Shown: positions 41,760-55,973, numbered from the stretch's first letter. The stretch: 64,000 bases of DNA from Eledone cirrhosa (GCA_964016885.1 OZ024744.1:52080001-52144000); one strand, 5' to 3'. Made by a program: numbers and translations. Notes: generated by a model from the letters alone, not told the origin.

Positions 41760-42025
41760 CTACAACAATAACAAAAGCAACGAGAACATCACTAACAACA
41801 GCTACAACATCAGTAACAACAACATCAGCACAAAACAGTTGCAGCGATAACAACAACAACAACAACAACAGCAACAGCAACAACAACAACAAAGACAATA
41901 ACAACAACAGCAGCAACAGCAACAAAAACAAAACCACCACCTCCGCCATCACCACCACCACCACCACCACCACCAACAACAACAACAAAGACAACAGTAG
42001 CAGCAATAACAAAAACAACAATGGT
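41760..42025. repeat. (CAA/CAG/CAC)n low-complexity tract
   Basis: Directly visible. Confidence 0.9.
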
Positions 42026-42185
42026 GGCCGCAGAAACACAAAAGGTCTAGACAGTGGGGACGGTGCAGAAGCTTTTGATGATGGTGATGGTGATGGTTTA
42101 TAAATATACATGGATGTATATGCAAGAACCGGATATGCAAAATAATTTCAAGCAATGCACATATGCATGCATACAGAGACTTACA

Positions 42186-42251
<66 letters not shown>

Positions 42252-42739
42252 TTTCCGATTTGATCTATTTTTCTTTATACTTTCACTCGTGTAGGACACC
42301 TCGGTTATTTTTCATTTTGTAAAAAAAACCTCACTCTCTAATATATATATATATATATATATATGGACACATTACCTTTCAATATGGTGCATTGAAAACA
42401 CAAATGTGACCTTGTTTTCTTTTATTTATTATTATTCTATCTTCCCTTGTGTGATAATACAGTTGGTCAGGTAGAATACAGTAATACAGTCAGGTTGATA
42501 ATTGTTGGCTATTGGGTAGAGAGGTCAGGGATTTGGCTGAATTGCTGATGACTGATGAAGGCCGATAACTGGTACGGTCGTTAGGGCATCTCATTGAATG
42601 ATTTCCAATTCTCAGTGTTCTAAATTCAAATCGCGCCAAGGTCAGCTTTGTCTTTTATCCATTCCGAGTCGATAAATATTGTTCTCTCTCTTTTTAAATA
42701 TTCATATGTATGTATGTTATCTCTTTCTCTTAATTTCGA

Positions 42740-44512
42740 GTATATTTTTTTGACCGGCCACCTTTCTGGTGGCAAGGTTGTAAAAGAAAAGAAATTGTCA
42801 TCCCTTGAATAGCAAGAATGTTTTGCAAATTTTGAAGGTGTCAGCTATCGCAGCCATTTGTAGACTATGAATTAGGGAGCTGCGCTTTTTGTCCGCAAAT
42901 CCAAGTTCAGTCATACTTTGGTCCAAGCGGGTTGGTATATAACGCGTAGCTCTAACAATGATGGGTATGAAGCTAAAGGTGTATCTTGGATACTGGATTT
43001 GTAAACTCCTCATCAATGGTCCGTAGATGTCCTCCTTCTCCTGTATTTTTTTGACAACGTTTACATCAAGTGGGCAGCTGATCTCCACAACAGAATACGT
43101 TTTCAATGTGTGGTCCCAAACAACAATATCAGGCCGGCTGTGCTTTAATTTGGTGGCAGTTTTAATTTTCAGGTTCCACCAGTATTTCTTAGTGCCATCT
43201 GTCTCAACATATTCTTCCTCGTTTGTTGTTAATTTTGTTTTCCGAAGTGCGTTCCAGATGGTTCTAGCTATCCCATCGTGTCTCATGGGGAGGTAGTAGC
43301 GAGATGACATTCTTTCGCAGCTGGCAACAATATGGCTTACATCCTCGATCTTTGTTTTACATAGCCTACATTTATTGTCAGCTGCTGGCCCTCCCCCTTT
43401 GTGCAGTAGATATTTGGTAGGGAGTTCTTGTTCCTGTATTGCATAGAGATATCCCTCAAGGCATGATGTCATAAACTTGTCGGAACTCCATGCCAGGCTT
43501 TTTGAGTGGTTTATCCCCTCTATGGTCTGTGTTTTACATCTCAAGTATCCATGCACAACTTTTTCTGTAAATTGGTCAATTTTTTCATCTTGTTTGAACA
43601 TTGAATAGGATCTTCCGATTTCTCTGGGTGAGAGATTTATATCATATCTCTCCTCCAGACCAGTCGCTATTCTAATGATATTTTTTTTTCATGCTCATAA
43701 ACCTGGGCAAGATGGTTGCCAACCTTTTTCCTCTGTTGAAGGTGTTGCTTCAGTGTTACTATCCGGGTCTCATATGTTGTTAATATGGATGTTAGAGCCC
43801 GGCCACCTTCCTTGCGTGAGAAGTATAGCCTATTCACATCACCATTGATGTTAAAGTTCCCAGTAACACTGAGAAGTTTGCGAGTTCTAACATCCATCTC
43901 ACTTAGTTCTTGCAATGACCAGTTCAGCAGGCCAAATGTTGGCGTTAGAATTGGCACAGCATACGTATTGTGGGAAATGTATTTGTTGTATGCTGACAGT
44001 TCTGATGACCATATTTTCTTTAATCTTCTGAGGTATTCAGTTCTGGTTCTCTCCTTATTTATGGGTCCATCATATCTGACATTGTCATCCTGTCCAAGAT
44101 ATCTGTAGTTGTCACCTGACTGTAGAGGTTGTATTGTCAGGCCGTTCATCTCTAGATTTCTAGAGGAGGGCATAGCCCTTCCACGTTTTACTGTCAAATA
44201 TGCACACTTGGACTCACCAAATTTCATTTTGATGTCTGTTGAAAATTGTGTAATGAGGTCCAATTGTTTCTTGATGTCATTGATATTTGGCCCATACAAC
44301 TTCAGGTCATCAACAAAGAAAAGATGGGAGATACTTCTGGACCCACTTCTTTGACCACCTTGTTTCCTGAGTAGGTAAGATAGTGGATTTAGTGAGAGAA
44401 CGAAGAGTAGCACTGACAAGCTATCACCCTGAAAGATGCCCTTCTGGTAATGTATCTTATCAGTCTTAACTTGCTCCTTCTCACCTCTAAGGATCAAACT
44501 GGTGTACCAGTT
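42740..44512 (-). mobile_element. R4/Dong-like non-LTR element (RT plus RLE endonuclease), 5'-truncated, frameshifted
   Basis: GIFQGDSLS, HLFFVDDLKLY and YRYLG; CCHC motif CRLC..H..C, RHD, RPDIV and EISCP..K..Y. Confidence 0.9.
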
Positions 44513-44609
44513 CTTGTATGTATGTATGTATGTATGTATGTATGTATGTATGTATGTATGTATGTATGTATGTATGTATGTATGTATGTATGTATGTATG
44601 TTTGTATGT

Positions 44610-47600
44610 CTCATGGTCGGGTCGTCGTCGACTAAACCGGCAACCTCACCAGGCTGGCTTGGTGAGGAGGGTGATATTTGGACACACTGCAGGATAAAAC
44701 ACAAGACCAGGCAAAGGGCGGAGAAACTCAGCAGAGTCAACGGCCATCCAAATAGTACTTTTTTTATTCTTTTTCACCTGGGAGTGAAAGGCTCCCAGTT
44801 GTTGTCACAACACTTTTCCAGAAGAGGGAAACTCTGAAAAAAAAAACTGCGGCTTCGGAAGCATCCGATGATGTTGACCAGTTTTTCCTTTTCGGGTAGT
44901 GTTTTCGATGATCAGAGAGTGGGATTGGTCGTGTGCAAGGCCTTTTCCCACGTAAAAAACCTTCAAAGCACAGGCATTGCTTATTCAAGATATGTTAGAG
45001 GTTCGTGTGGCTGGCCGTAGCCTAAAAGTGCACCGAACTCTATGATGACAAATGATGACCTTGACGTCAATGGCAGTAAGGGCTCTGGAACTTATGGTGA
45101 AGGGGTCTGGCCCGGCAGAGGTGTCCAGCGTGGGCCCGGTCGTCATCCTGCAACTGCAACGAGGTTCAACCTTCTGAATATTGGATGCTGCAATGTAAGA
45201 ACTTTACAGGATTCCCAGTCCAGAGAAACTCGCCCTGAAAGAAGATCTACTTTGGTGTGGAGGGAACACGATCGCTATAGCATGGACATCGTTGCTCTTT
45301 CAGAAACGAGATTAGCAGGTGAGGGTCAATTCTCAGAACAGAAGGTAGGACATACATTCTACTGGAGTGGTAGAGCAGAGGGTTGTAGGAGAGAGGCAGG
45401 GGTCACATTTGCTGTCAGGAATGGAATCATCTCAAAGCTGGAAAATCGTCCTTGTATACTCAATGATCGCATAATGTCCATCAGAGTTCCTTTGATTCAA
45501 AACCACTTTGTGACTCTGGTCAGTGTGTACACTCGTACTTTGTCTGCCAGTGATGATGTAAAACTAGATGTCTACATGTCTTTGAAAGAGGCCATCCATA
45601 GTATACCTTATGCAGACAAGATTTTCATCCTTGGTAATTTTAATGCACGTGTTAGTAATGACTGGGAAGCTTGGAGTGTGATGGGCAAGCATGGATTGGG
45701 AAAGTGCAATAACAATGGATATTGTTGTTGGGAACATGTTCTTTCAGCAGAAAGACAAATTTAAGACAACTTAGATGCATCCAGGTTCCGAGAAGTGACA
45801 CCTTATTGACTTTGTTTTAACGAGGAAACGTGATAATCAGGGATATCACACTGGTTTATGTATTGCGAGGCGCGGAATGTTGGACTGACCATCATCCGGT
45901 GCGCGCCAAATTTCAATTTGTTGTGAAGCCCAACGTAAGGGGGAAGAAGGTTGTACTTCCAAAACAACTAAACGTGGCTCGTCTAAAGACAGAGGAACTC
46001 AGAGCTGTGCTGTCGAGTTCCCTTGAGTCCATGGAATATGAAAATACGTGGGATTTATTGGAGAAACCCGCCTGTGATGTCAGTGCTGGAGTTTTAAGTC
46101 ATACCAATAGAAAGCATAAAGACTGGTTCGATGAAAATGATGCAGTGATTCAGACCTGGCTTGAAGAGAAACAACATGTGCTGACATCATTGTTGTGTGA
46201 GATACGTTCTGACAGGAGTGACCGGGCCTTGAAGCAGATCAAGGCACGCGTGTAACATCGATTGAGAGCCATGTAGAATGCCTGGAGGAGAAAAAAGGCT
46301 GATGAAATCCAGAAAGCCTCAGATAGACATGATACAAAGCTCTTATACAACCTGCTCAGGGAGGTGTATGGTCCAACCGGTCTACAAATATCACCACTTC
46401 ACTCCAGGGATGGCAAGGAATTGCTCAGAGATCTAAAGGAAACCCTGATCAAGTAGCATGACCACTTTGCTGAGCTTCTCAACAGACCATCAGAAATTGA
46501 TGATGAGTTCATCCGGTCGATTCCATCCAGACCTACAAAGCTGGCAATGGCTGATCCTCCTCCATTTGATGAGGTGGCGAAGGCCATTGCCAAATTAAAT
46601 AGCGGCAAGACACCAGGAATGGATGGACTGCGTGCCGAGATCTTCAAGTGTGCTGGTGATAACTTCTTAAACCGCCTCTTTGTGAATGTTTGGAATGAAG
46701 ATGTGCCACATGATTGGAAAGATGCATTGATGGTGTTACTTTACAAAGGAAAGGGAGCCAAAGATGACTGTGGAAACTACAGAGGTATCTCACTGTTTTG
46801 TGTGGCTGGGAAGATCTTGTGCAGGATTTTGTTGGACAGATTGATACAGCACATTGCTGTTGAGGTACTTCCTGAGTCCCAATGTGGCTTTCGGAATGGC
46901 AGAGGCACTGTTGACATGATCTCCTCGGACAAACAACTTCAAGAGAAATGCATTGAGCAGCGCATGGACTTATACGAAGTTTTTGTCGATCTGACCAATG
47001 CATTTGACACTGTTAATCGGAAGGCTTTGTGGGTTATTTTGGAGAGATTGGGCTGTCCTGAAAAGTTTGTGAACATACTGAAACTCTTCCACGATGATAT
47101 GCAGGCATGGGTAAATATTGGAGGTAAACTGTCTGAGCCAATCCCGGTTGAAAATGGTGTCAAGCAGGGTGATACACCTGCACCAACTTTGTTTGCCTTG
47201 TATTTCGCAATGGTCTCCTTCATGGCTTCAAAGCTATTTAACCTCAGGCGACTCACTACCAACACTAAGCTACTGAGTACCTTAATCAGAGAATTTCTGT
47301 ATACAGATGATTGTGATCTCTTTGCACACTCACAGAGTGACATGCAACACCTTATGGATTCTTTTTCCAATGCATGCAGTGCTTTGGGACTGACAATCAG
47401 TCTGAAGAAGTCTGTCGTCATGTACCAACCTGCTCCGGATAAAGTTTTCAATGAACCCTCCATATATTTATACGGTCAAAAGCTGAAGCCTGCTGACAGA
47501 TTTGTGTATTTGGGGAGTACTCTAATTATCACCTGCTCTCTGGATGCAGAAGTTCGTCTACGTGTTGGTAAGGCAAATGAGTCATTTGGAAGGCTCAGCG

Positions 47601-48110
47601 ACCGTCTTTGGTGCAGGCGAGGAATCACAATGAGGACCAAGGTGAATGTGTATGTTGCATGTGTACTGTCAGCTTTGCTGTATGCGTGTGAGACATGGGT
47701 TGCCTACAAACAGCATATCTATAGACTGGAACGGTTTCACCAGCAGCGTCTCAGAAAGATGCTCGGTATCAAGTAGCAGATCCATATGAGCGATGTTGAG
47801 GTCCTTGAGAGAAGCGAATGTCGGAGCATTGAAAGAATCATTCACCAACGGCGTTTGCGAAGGACCGGACACCTCTGCAGCATGGAGGATGTTCGAATCC
47901 CAGAACAACTCTTGTATGGCGAGTTTTGTGAAGATAAGAGACCACCTCACAAGCCAAGGCTCTGATTCAAGGATTGTGTAAAGGACTCATTGAAAAAATC
48001 GGTTTGATGATGGCTGACTGGGAGATAAACGCTCTTGAAAGAGAAACTTGACGTGGAATGGTGAATGTTGGGGTCCATAATTTTGAGGACAGACGCATAG
48101 ATCACAAGAA
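44610..48110 (+). mobile_element. RTE/BovB-like LINE, near full length (5'UTR, APE, RT), degenerate, 3' end missing
   Basis: APE CNVRTL, DIVALSETR, LGNFNARV (45042-45764); RT PESQCGFR, FVDLTNAFDTVNR, GVKQGD, LYTDD, FVYLGS (46547-47776). Confidence 0.93.
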
Positions 48111-48744
48111 ATAGGAAAATAGTTTTATTTTATAAGAAATATAAAATTTAAGAAAAGTCTCACATGGAAGTAAAAACTGTGAAAGATATTTTTAAAAGTT
48201 TTATTGAGTCCCCTTTTTTTTATATAAATGGTAAATTGTTTGTTTCATCTCTTTTTAATATTTCCATCCTTGTGTAGCTTCTGTTTGTAAAATATAGTTG
48301 ACATAATAAAACCATAACTAAAAAAAAATTATTTTTATAAAAAACATACTCGATACCCCCCACCCCCCAAGAAAAAAAGAAAGCGCAGAAATATATTTAT
48401 TCAATGAGTTGTCTTTAACAAGAGTTGTTGATTTACAGAGTTGATAGAGCATCGGTTAAAATGCCATAGCGGTATTTGTTCAAATCCCACTGAGGTTTAC
48501 TTTGCTTTTCCTTCTTCAAGGAGCGATAACATACCATGGAGATGGCTAGTTGGCGGGGTTGTTAAAATATCGGATGGGAATCTATGTGTTATTTGTTACC
48601 GTTTCCTCCGTCTTTAGTATAAATACTGTATCATTCTGCCAGCTGATGTCACTAATAAATAGTATCCGACAAGGAAATAAAAACGAAAACATTGTGTGTG
48701 TGTTTGTGTGTGTGGGTGTGTGTGCATTATAATATGCTATAATT

Positions 48745-48965
48745 TAATGGCTTCTACTATAGGCACAGGGCCAACAATCTTGGGGGAGGGGAATATCGAT
48801 TAAATCGACTCCAGTACATTACTGGTATTTTATTTTATCGACCCCGTAAAGATGGAAGACAAAGCTAACCTAAGCATAATTATATTTCAGAACGTAAAGG
48901 CCCGTAACTCTATGCCACCGAACATGTTGTCCGTCCTCTACAGATACTGCCAACCCGTCACCCTG
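48745..48965 (-). mobile_element. tRNA-SINE with TSD; further fragments at 42530-42680, 48420-48540 and 56355-56460
   Basis: TSD TAATA(T/C)GCTATAAT at 48730 and 48966. Confidence 0.8.
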
Positions 48966-49249
48966 TAATACGCTATAATACAATACGATATAATATGGTG
49001 ACGTTTTTGTTAATGAATTATGTATAACCCCAATAATGTATTTACAAACGCGAGATAAGACGACAAAAAGCGGACAAAACGCAAATTCGACAATAACAAG
49101 TTGTCATGGCGTCTTGGTGTAAAGGTTGTCCGCTATACAATAGATACGTACGTCGATTCACGTAGAAGTTACACTCAGTTTTTCGAAATCTACCATACAT
49201 GTACGTATATACATAACATACAAACATACATACATTCATACATACATAC

Positions 49250-49600
49250 ATGCTGACTGCCTCCTCGTTACTGAGTATGGCCATTACACAATATAACATT
49301 ATTAATAATTATTAATTAATGCAACCGTGCAATGCCTGTGTGTGAATATTTTTTTTAAAGTGAGGAAAGACTGTGCACCGAGCCAATCCCACTCTCTGAG
49401 CGACAGTAGCTATAACCCGAAAAGAAGAAAAGATCAACATCATCGGTAACTACTGAGTCGCAGGTTTTATGTCGGAGTTATCCCAGTTTCCTGGGTTGCC
49501 TTCTCCTAGAAGAATGCCCTGACAAAGGCTAAGGGTCTTCACTCCCAGTGGTTTAACGGCGCGATTGGGTATCCAGCCCGATTATTTCTATGTCCCCGCG
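49250..49600 (-). mobile_element. Non-autonomous RTE 5'UTR derivative with (TATG)n tail; copy at 57175-57490
   Basis: GAGCCAATCCCACTCTCTGAGCGACAGTAGCTATAACCCGAAAAG shared; antisense to RTE 5'UTR 44790-44975. Confidence 0.8.
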
Positions 49601-49776
49601 TATATATATATATATACATATGTATACATGTATATACATATATACATATAGATATATACATGTACACACACTCATATATATATATATATAGTAATAATAA
49701 TAAATTTGAAGACTAAAATCCAAAGAGGGCTCGATAAGGATAAATATATATCAAATATATAAGAACCGTAGAGCAA

Positions 49777-49910
49777 ATATTTATTAAAATAACAGATTAA
49801 AGTTTAAGCAAAGAATCGCTGCTTTCCCCCTGGTTAGTTTCAGAAGATCCCGTTAAGGGTGAAAGCAGCGATTCTTTGCTTAAACTTTAATCTGTTATTT
49901 TAACAAATAT
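49777..49910. mobile_element. Small fold-back with ~54-bp arms and an HHR-like core at the centre
   Basis: 49777-49830 is inverted at 49856-49910; CAGAAGA-TCCC GTTAA GGGT-GAAA. Confidence 0.85.
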
Positions 49911-49949
49911 ATATATTTGTATTTGCAAACTTGACTGACACCACACAAT

Positions 49950-49990
49950 TTGAACCTGAAGATTGCGAAAGCATGAAAGTACTTGTTCAA
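49950..49990 (+). ncRNA. Minimal type-I hammerhead with intact core
   Basis: TTGAAC-CTGAAGA-T TGC GAAA GCA T-GAAA-GTAC-TT-GTTCAA; palindromic stem III AAGTACTT. Confidence 0.82.
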
Positions 49991-50318
49991 TTAACACTTA
50001 ACATTTAATATTCTACCATACTATTTCATTCTAATACCATTATAAATTTTAAAGGATTGTAAATAAAACGAGTAAATCAGACAAAGTTGGAATTCCTTTT
50101 ATTGATATAATCTTCTATACACAATCATACACACCCGTGTATATTTATCTATATATATTCGGCTATTTATTCACTAGGCTAAAAACTATAATTTAGTCCA
50201 AAAATAGCCGTCTAAACGGCTGGAGTTCTGCCGTCGGGGTCATACTTTTTCCTATTACCCACTCTACTACCCTAAGTATTGAGTACACTGGTGCGTTATG
50301 GTCCATCTGGTTCCTTTG

Positions 50319-50393
<75 letters not shown>

Positions 50394-50763
50394 CACATTT
50401 TTAGATCGCCGTTGACTTTGCTAAGTATATTACAATCGCTTGTCAGATTATAGAGTTTGGTGCACTTTTAGGTTACAGCCAGTCACGCAAACCTGATCTA
50501 TACTTTAGAGAATATTATATATTCTCAAGAGATTCAGTGTGTGTGTGACAGAGAAGAGAGATACCCAATCTTGACAAAGGGCAATAACCCTGCAACAATG
50601 TTATTGTCCATTGTTTCTCTCTGTCACCGCTAGAACAAAAGGGTGATGATAGTCGTCTAAAACACATAGTGTAATGTGGCTGTTTGTTGGCAAACGAATA
50701 TCACGGGTTCAATCGGGGGTAATCACAGTAAGTAAGGTACTCAATACATAGCAGAGTATAAAT

Positions 50764-50890
50764 ATTTAATATAGAAAGACTTCTACAGGACTAGAGCTGT
50801 TTCATTCGGGAGAAATCATCAGGACTTCCAGATGATTTCTCCCGAATATAACAGTTCTAGTCCTGTAGAAGCCTTTCTATATTAAATATA
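50764..50890. mobile_element. Small fold-back with an HHR motif (50788-50827, minus)
   Basis: Centre AAATCATC AGGACTTCCA GATGATTT; minus strand CTGATGA-TTTC TCCC GAAT-GAAACAGCTCTA. Confidence 0.85.
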
Positions 50891-50895
50891 TATAT

Positions 50896-51045
50896 ATATT
50901 TAATTATATAATAAACAACACGATATAATAATTCCATTACCCAAGGTTTCATGAAGTTACACGATTCTAACTGAAACGTCTAACTTCGTGAAACCTTAGG
51001 AAATGGAATTATTATATTGTGTTGTTTATTACATAATTAAATAGC
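50896..51045. mobile_element. Small fold-back with ~70-bp arms
   Basis: AAGGTTTCATGAAGTTA / TAACTTCGTGAAACCTT; centre includes GAAACGTC; TGTTGTTTATTACATAA also occurs at 29288. Confidence 0.8.
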
Positions 51046-51869
51046 TCTGTATTATACATAGAGCACTCTTCTTTCCTTTACCTTTTCTACGGAAATACCT
51101 AACACATACAGATATATATGTATATATTTATATTTCTGCATATATACATGTGATATGTACATTCTATTACCATATATTTTCATCACTATATACACATACA
51201 TACATAATGTAAGCACACACAATCACACATATTTGTATACATATATACATACATGCATACACTCACACGCGCACACACACACATACACACACACGTATAT
51301 ACATACGTACACACATGCATACATACACACATAATACATACAAACAAACATACATATACGCATACATACATACACATACAAACAAACATACATACATATA
51401 CATACATACATACATACATACATACATACATACATACATACATACATACATACATACATACATACATACATACATACATACATACATACATACATACATA
51501 GATGCATAAATGTACAATCTATATTAGTATGTAAAGGATATATACAAGCTTTTAGTAAAGCTATTTTGGATGACAATTAATTGGTGGAAATCCAAAAAAA
51601 ATTTATGAAAAAGACTGAAAACAAATAACAAAAACAAAAGCTTAGTTAGTATGGCGGAGGGGCGGGAATAGTGACTGAGAGAGAATAGGGGGAGGAAGAG
51701 TCTTGTAGAGATATTTGGTGGCCTCGGTGGTCACAGCGGACATAACTCGGCCAACAAACCAAAATAGTTTTTCCAGGTACAGATACATATCTGTTTCTTT
51801 AGAGTTGGTAATGGAAAGATCAATGAAAACATATTTCCCTTGGTTCGATCAGAGGATAACGTTCTTTCC

Positions 51870-51940
<71 letters not shown>

Positions 51941-52109
51941 TTATGGGTATGTATTTAGTTTAATATGTAGAGTTAATATTTATTTTTGAGTCTCAGCTAT
52001 GGTTATATTTCAATAAACTTTTAATATTGAATTTTTTTCTTGATTAAGGAGAATCGATCGACTTTCGTCAAAGCGGACCGAGGGATCAATGTTTATACAT
52101 ACATACATA

Positions 52110-52297
52110 TATGAACAAATTCAGGACCCCGGCGGCTGAGCTCCGGTCATTTTGACAGCTAGATCGGATCTAGCTGTCGAAATGGCCGGGTTTCAGCCCT
52201 TGGCGCCCTGAATCTTTTCATATTACTCACTCTACTACCCCAAGTATCGATTACTCTGAGGGGTTATTGTCTAGCTGGTTTTTACCACACCCTATCT
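52110..52297. mobile_element. Small fold-back of family Z with right tail
   Basis: Centre GACAGCTAGAT CGG ATCTAGCTGTC; tail resembles 28530-28600. Confidence 0.8.
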
Positions 52298-52539
52298 GAT
52301 ATAAATATGAGAAATAATAATTTATAGGAGCTACGTATTACGACAGCTGCAGCCTGATGACGTCCTTTCTCCCCCATACCAATGTCGGTTTAGTTGTTAT
52401 ACGGGGACTGTCTTGGATATTGTTCTGAAGAATGGGGTTGGTTTTAAGTCATGTCTAGGGTATTATGGATATGGTGTGTTGGGTTAAGTTTAGGTTTATG
52501 GATTACACTTGCACGAGACTTTCGATAGTGTATACATAC

Positions 52540-52634
<95 letters not shown>

Positions 52635-52667
52635 CATATACACACACACACATATATATATATATAT

Positions 52668-55176
52668 GTATGTTGTTATACTTGGGGAGGGATATATGTG
52701 TAATATTGCCAGAATTAATAACAGAACACACTCACTGTTTGGTTGGTTTTCGCTTCTCGCTTCTGTGTCTTTTATATCGGTAATCTAATTTATTCGGTCC
52801 TCAATGTTGCCATTGACTGACCAACGGTCAAAAATAATACAGATACAATATAGACACAAACACATATATATAGTTTATCAAAGTTCTTTCGTTGCACATC
52901 TGCAACATCGTCAGTGGTGCTATTGTTTGCTCCTGTTACATTGTATTTTCTACGCCATCTTTATTTAGTCTGTTTATATATTTATTTATTTGTTTATTTT
53001 ATTTTGTCTTCTTTGCGCATGCGTTTGCGTGTGTGTATAGTGTTTTGTTTGATGTGTGTTCGTGATTGGGTGACTGTGTATTGGTTAATGTATTCTATAT
53101 TTACTAGTGTGTGTTTATATGTGTTTGTTGTTATTGTGCTTGTGTATGTATTTATTTATTTATTTATCTATTTATTTATTTATACTTCTCTTAGGTCAGT
53201 GTTGTTTGTTTGGGTGTTGTTATTCCATTCATTCTTTCTGTTTAGCCTTGGCCTTCTAAGTTCTATTTCACTGGCCTCTCTGATTTGCCTATCTGCTGGG
53301 TCATTTCTATGTTTAGATATTCTAATTTCTATGTTGTCTATATTACCGTCTTGTTGTTGTCTGGCATGTTCGTATAGTACTGATCCGTTTTTTCGTCCTT
53401 TTAGTTCCCCCCAGTGTTGGTCTATCCTTTCACCTATGCTACGAGCTGTCTCACCTATGTATGTTGTTGTCATGTTTCTGCAAGTACCCTCTGTACATCT
53501 TATGCTATAGACTACGTTTCTAGTTTTACAGTTTATCCGGGGGTTTACCTTACATATGATACATTTCCTATTAGTACAGTGGGTTTTCTTAAAAGGGTAG
53601 GTTTTGCTGATCAGGGATTTTATGGTGGTTCCTGGCTTTTCTACCACCTTAATCTTTAAGTGGGTCTTTCTCAGGGCCTTTCTACACTGGTTAGCTAATT
53701 TCCCTCCAGGGGTAGCGTCCACAAACATGACACTCTGGTATCTCTGGTTGTCGTACCATGAGGTGGCTTTCCCTATTTTATGTCTAGCCCTATCTAAGCT
53801 ATTCCATGGTTTGCTCCTGTATAATGGGCAAATTCCTTTCATGTCCAGTTCTATGAGGGTCTTATACTTCTCCATGGCTCCTTCGTATACTCTGACTCTG
53901 TCTCTTTGATTGTAGCCAGAGAACTGCATGCGGTTGATGAAGTGTTGGATGTGTATTTCCATTTCTGTTGGGTCGCACATGCGGGACACATTCTTCATCA
54001 CTCGTACCAAATCTGCGATCAGAATATTAAACTTAGCACTACTGGACATTGCTGAGTTTTTGAGTATCAGGTATTTGGAGGCCATGGGTTTAGCATAGTG
54101 TGAGTGGCGAATTTGGTCTCTCTCGTCTATAGTTTTAATCCAGAGTTCCGTGCCTAATACAGGTAGTCTATTGTTAGGGTGCTTGGAAGGGTAGTCGATA
54201 GTTACAGTTAAACTCTGGTGTATTGATTTAGCTATCTGCTGGATGCTTTCCATTGTGCTACGTTCTAAATCAAACTTGTTAGTGCTCTCTAGTGGGGATG
54301 TTCTTATAACTATATTGATATCGTCTACGTAATGAGAGTACATGATGAGGTCTATGGAGCTCTCATTAAGGAGATCTTTAAGTCTCCTTTCCCACCATAC
54401 CATAAAAAGGTTGGCAACATCACCAGCTATGCTGACGCCAATGGCTGCTCCCTCATTTTGGGTGTAGATCTTCTCGTTGAACTTGAATATGTGGCCCTTT
54501 AGGGTAGTTTTGATACTAGCCCCTATTGCATGTGCGACCATTTTTCTTACCAGATCCTTGTTTTGGGGGTCCGTATAGCTTTGGTCCACCAAATCCACCT
54601 TCCCATGGGAGTCTTTTTAGCCATTGAGGCTATGGTGGGGGGTCTACCTCTTATGGGTCTACTGGGGCAGAAACGTCTAAGGTCATGGCTGTCTAGGTAG
54701 TCAGTGTCCCAGTGTAGTCACCCAATCACGAACACACATCAAACAAAACACTATACACACACGCAAACGCATGCGCAAAGAAGACAAAATAAAATAAACA
54801 AATAAATAAATATATAAACAGACTAAATAAAGATGGCGTAGAAAATATAATGCAACGGGAGGAGACAATAGCACCACTGACGATGTTGCAGATGTGCAAC
54901 GAAAGAACTTTGATAAACTATATATATGTGTTTGTGTCTATATTGTATCTGTATTATTTTTGACCGTTGGTCAGTCAATGGCAACATTGAGGACCGAATA
55001 AATTAAATTATCCGATATAAAAGACACAGAAGCGAAAAGCGAAAACCAAACAGTGAGTGTGTTCTGTTATTAATTCTGGCAATATTATTACAACAATATG
55101 ACCCTCCCCAAGTATAACAATATTTGTTTCGACACACGATTTCATACCAAAATCCTCGCAAACTAATTCATCGCCG

Positions 55177-55178
<2 letters not shown>
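52668..55178 (-). mobile_element. Penelope-like element 5 (Neptune-like), 5'-truncated, with inverted pLTR at 54717-55178
   Basis: 52668-53075 is inverted at 54717-55120; HHR CTGACGA-T GTTGCA GATG TGCAAC-GAAAGAACTT at 54877-54910 and its mirror at 52881-52914; (TA)n on both sides. Confidence 0.92.
53180..54598 (-). CDS. Penelope-type RT plus GIY-YIG endonuclease, open 472-aa C-terminal part (N-terminus lost)
   Basis: GAAIGVSIAGDVANLFM, YVDDI, YAKPMAS, CTNRKCIIC..C, NVVYSIRC..C, YIGETARS..R..H, REA and LNRK. Confidence 0.9.
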   Translation of the reverse strand: MDLVDQSYTDPQNKDLVRKMVAHAIGASIKTTLKGHIFKFNEKIYTQNEGAAIGVSIAGDVANLFMVWWERRLKDLLNESSIDLIMYSHYVDDINIVIRTSPLESTNKFDLERSTMESIQQIAKSIHQSLTVTIDYPSKHPNNRLPVLGTELWIKTIDERDQIRHSHYAKPMASKYLILKNSAMSSSAKFNILIADLVRVMKNVSRMCDPTEMEIHIQHFINRMQFSGYNQRDRVRVYEGAMEKYKTLIELDMKGICPLYRSKPWNSLDRARHKIGKATSWYDNQRYQSVMFVDATPGGKLANQCRKALRKTHLKIKVVEKPGTTIKSLISKTYPFKKTHCTNRKCIICKVNPRINCKTRNVVYSIRCTEGTCRNMTTTYIGETARSIGERIDQHWGELKGRKNGSVLYEHARQQQDGNIDNIEIRISKHRNDPADRQIREASEIELRRPRLNRKNEWNNNTQTNNTDLREV

Positions 55179-55254
<76 letters not shown>

Positions 55255-55973
55255 CACAGACGGCTTATCGTCATTGTTACTGCCGATATACCACGCAAAA
55301 AGTCCTAGCCTGGCCGCAAGATCAGATTTTCCAGAAGAAAAAATGTTACTAGAGCAACAGAGAGACTAAGCTTCGCGATTACCAACAACAAAGTCAATTG
55401 TATGTAGGATGCTCTAGGGTGAGCTAAGGAAGAGGAGAGGAAGGAGAGAAGGAGAAAAGTAACCTACAATGAAAGAACATATTAAAGTTTACCCAAACCA
55501 AATGTTGTATTTATTAACATTACTATCTGCCGGTTCTTAGGAGGCTTACTGGCGCTTTAGTATGGTATTCGATTCTCATATCGCTTTTAATTGATATGGT
55601 GCATATATCGCAGCTATTCATATGTTTTAAACATTAGATAACGATTGCTGATGTATATTGTACGACAGAATTAGCTGAAAAGTATTTTTAATGAACAAAT
55701 AAAAGAGATATAAAAGAGAGACGTTTGTTGGTTGGTTCCTTCGCGTATCACACGAAAAAAACGAAAATGACAATCGGAAAGTATGTACAGGATTGGGATA
55801 AGTTTATTGATACTAATTTTATAACACCAAAGAAGAAGAAAGACTACCACGTATGCTAACCAATCTGACTGCTATTTCTAGCAGGTTGGGAATCAACCAT
55901 AAGGCATTCTCTCTGCGAGTTGTTAGTGATGATCGTGTTTCACGGCCTATGTCTCCGATTCCAACGGTGGATT

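Noticed and set aside
43667-44740. 357-aa ORF with signal-peptide-like N-terminus fused to RT
   Set aside because: Chance read-through from antisense RTE 5'UTR across (CATA)n into the truncated R4-like RT
52914-53909. Hydrophobic plus-strand ORFs
   Set aside because: Antisense shadows of the Penelope ORF and its UTR
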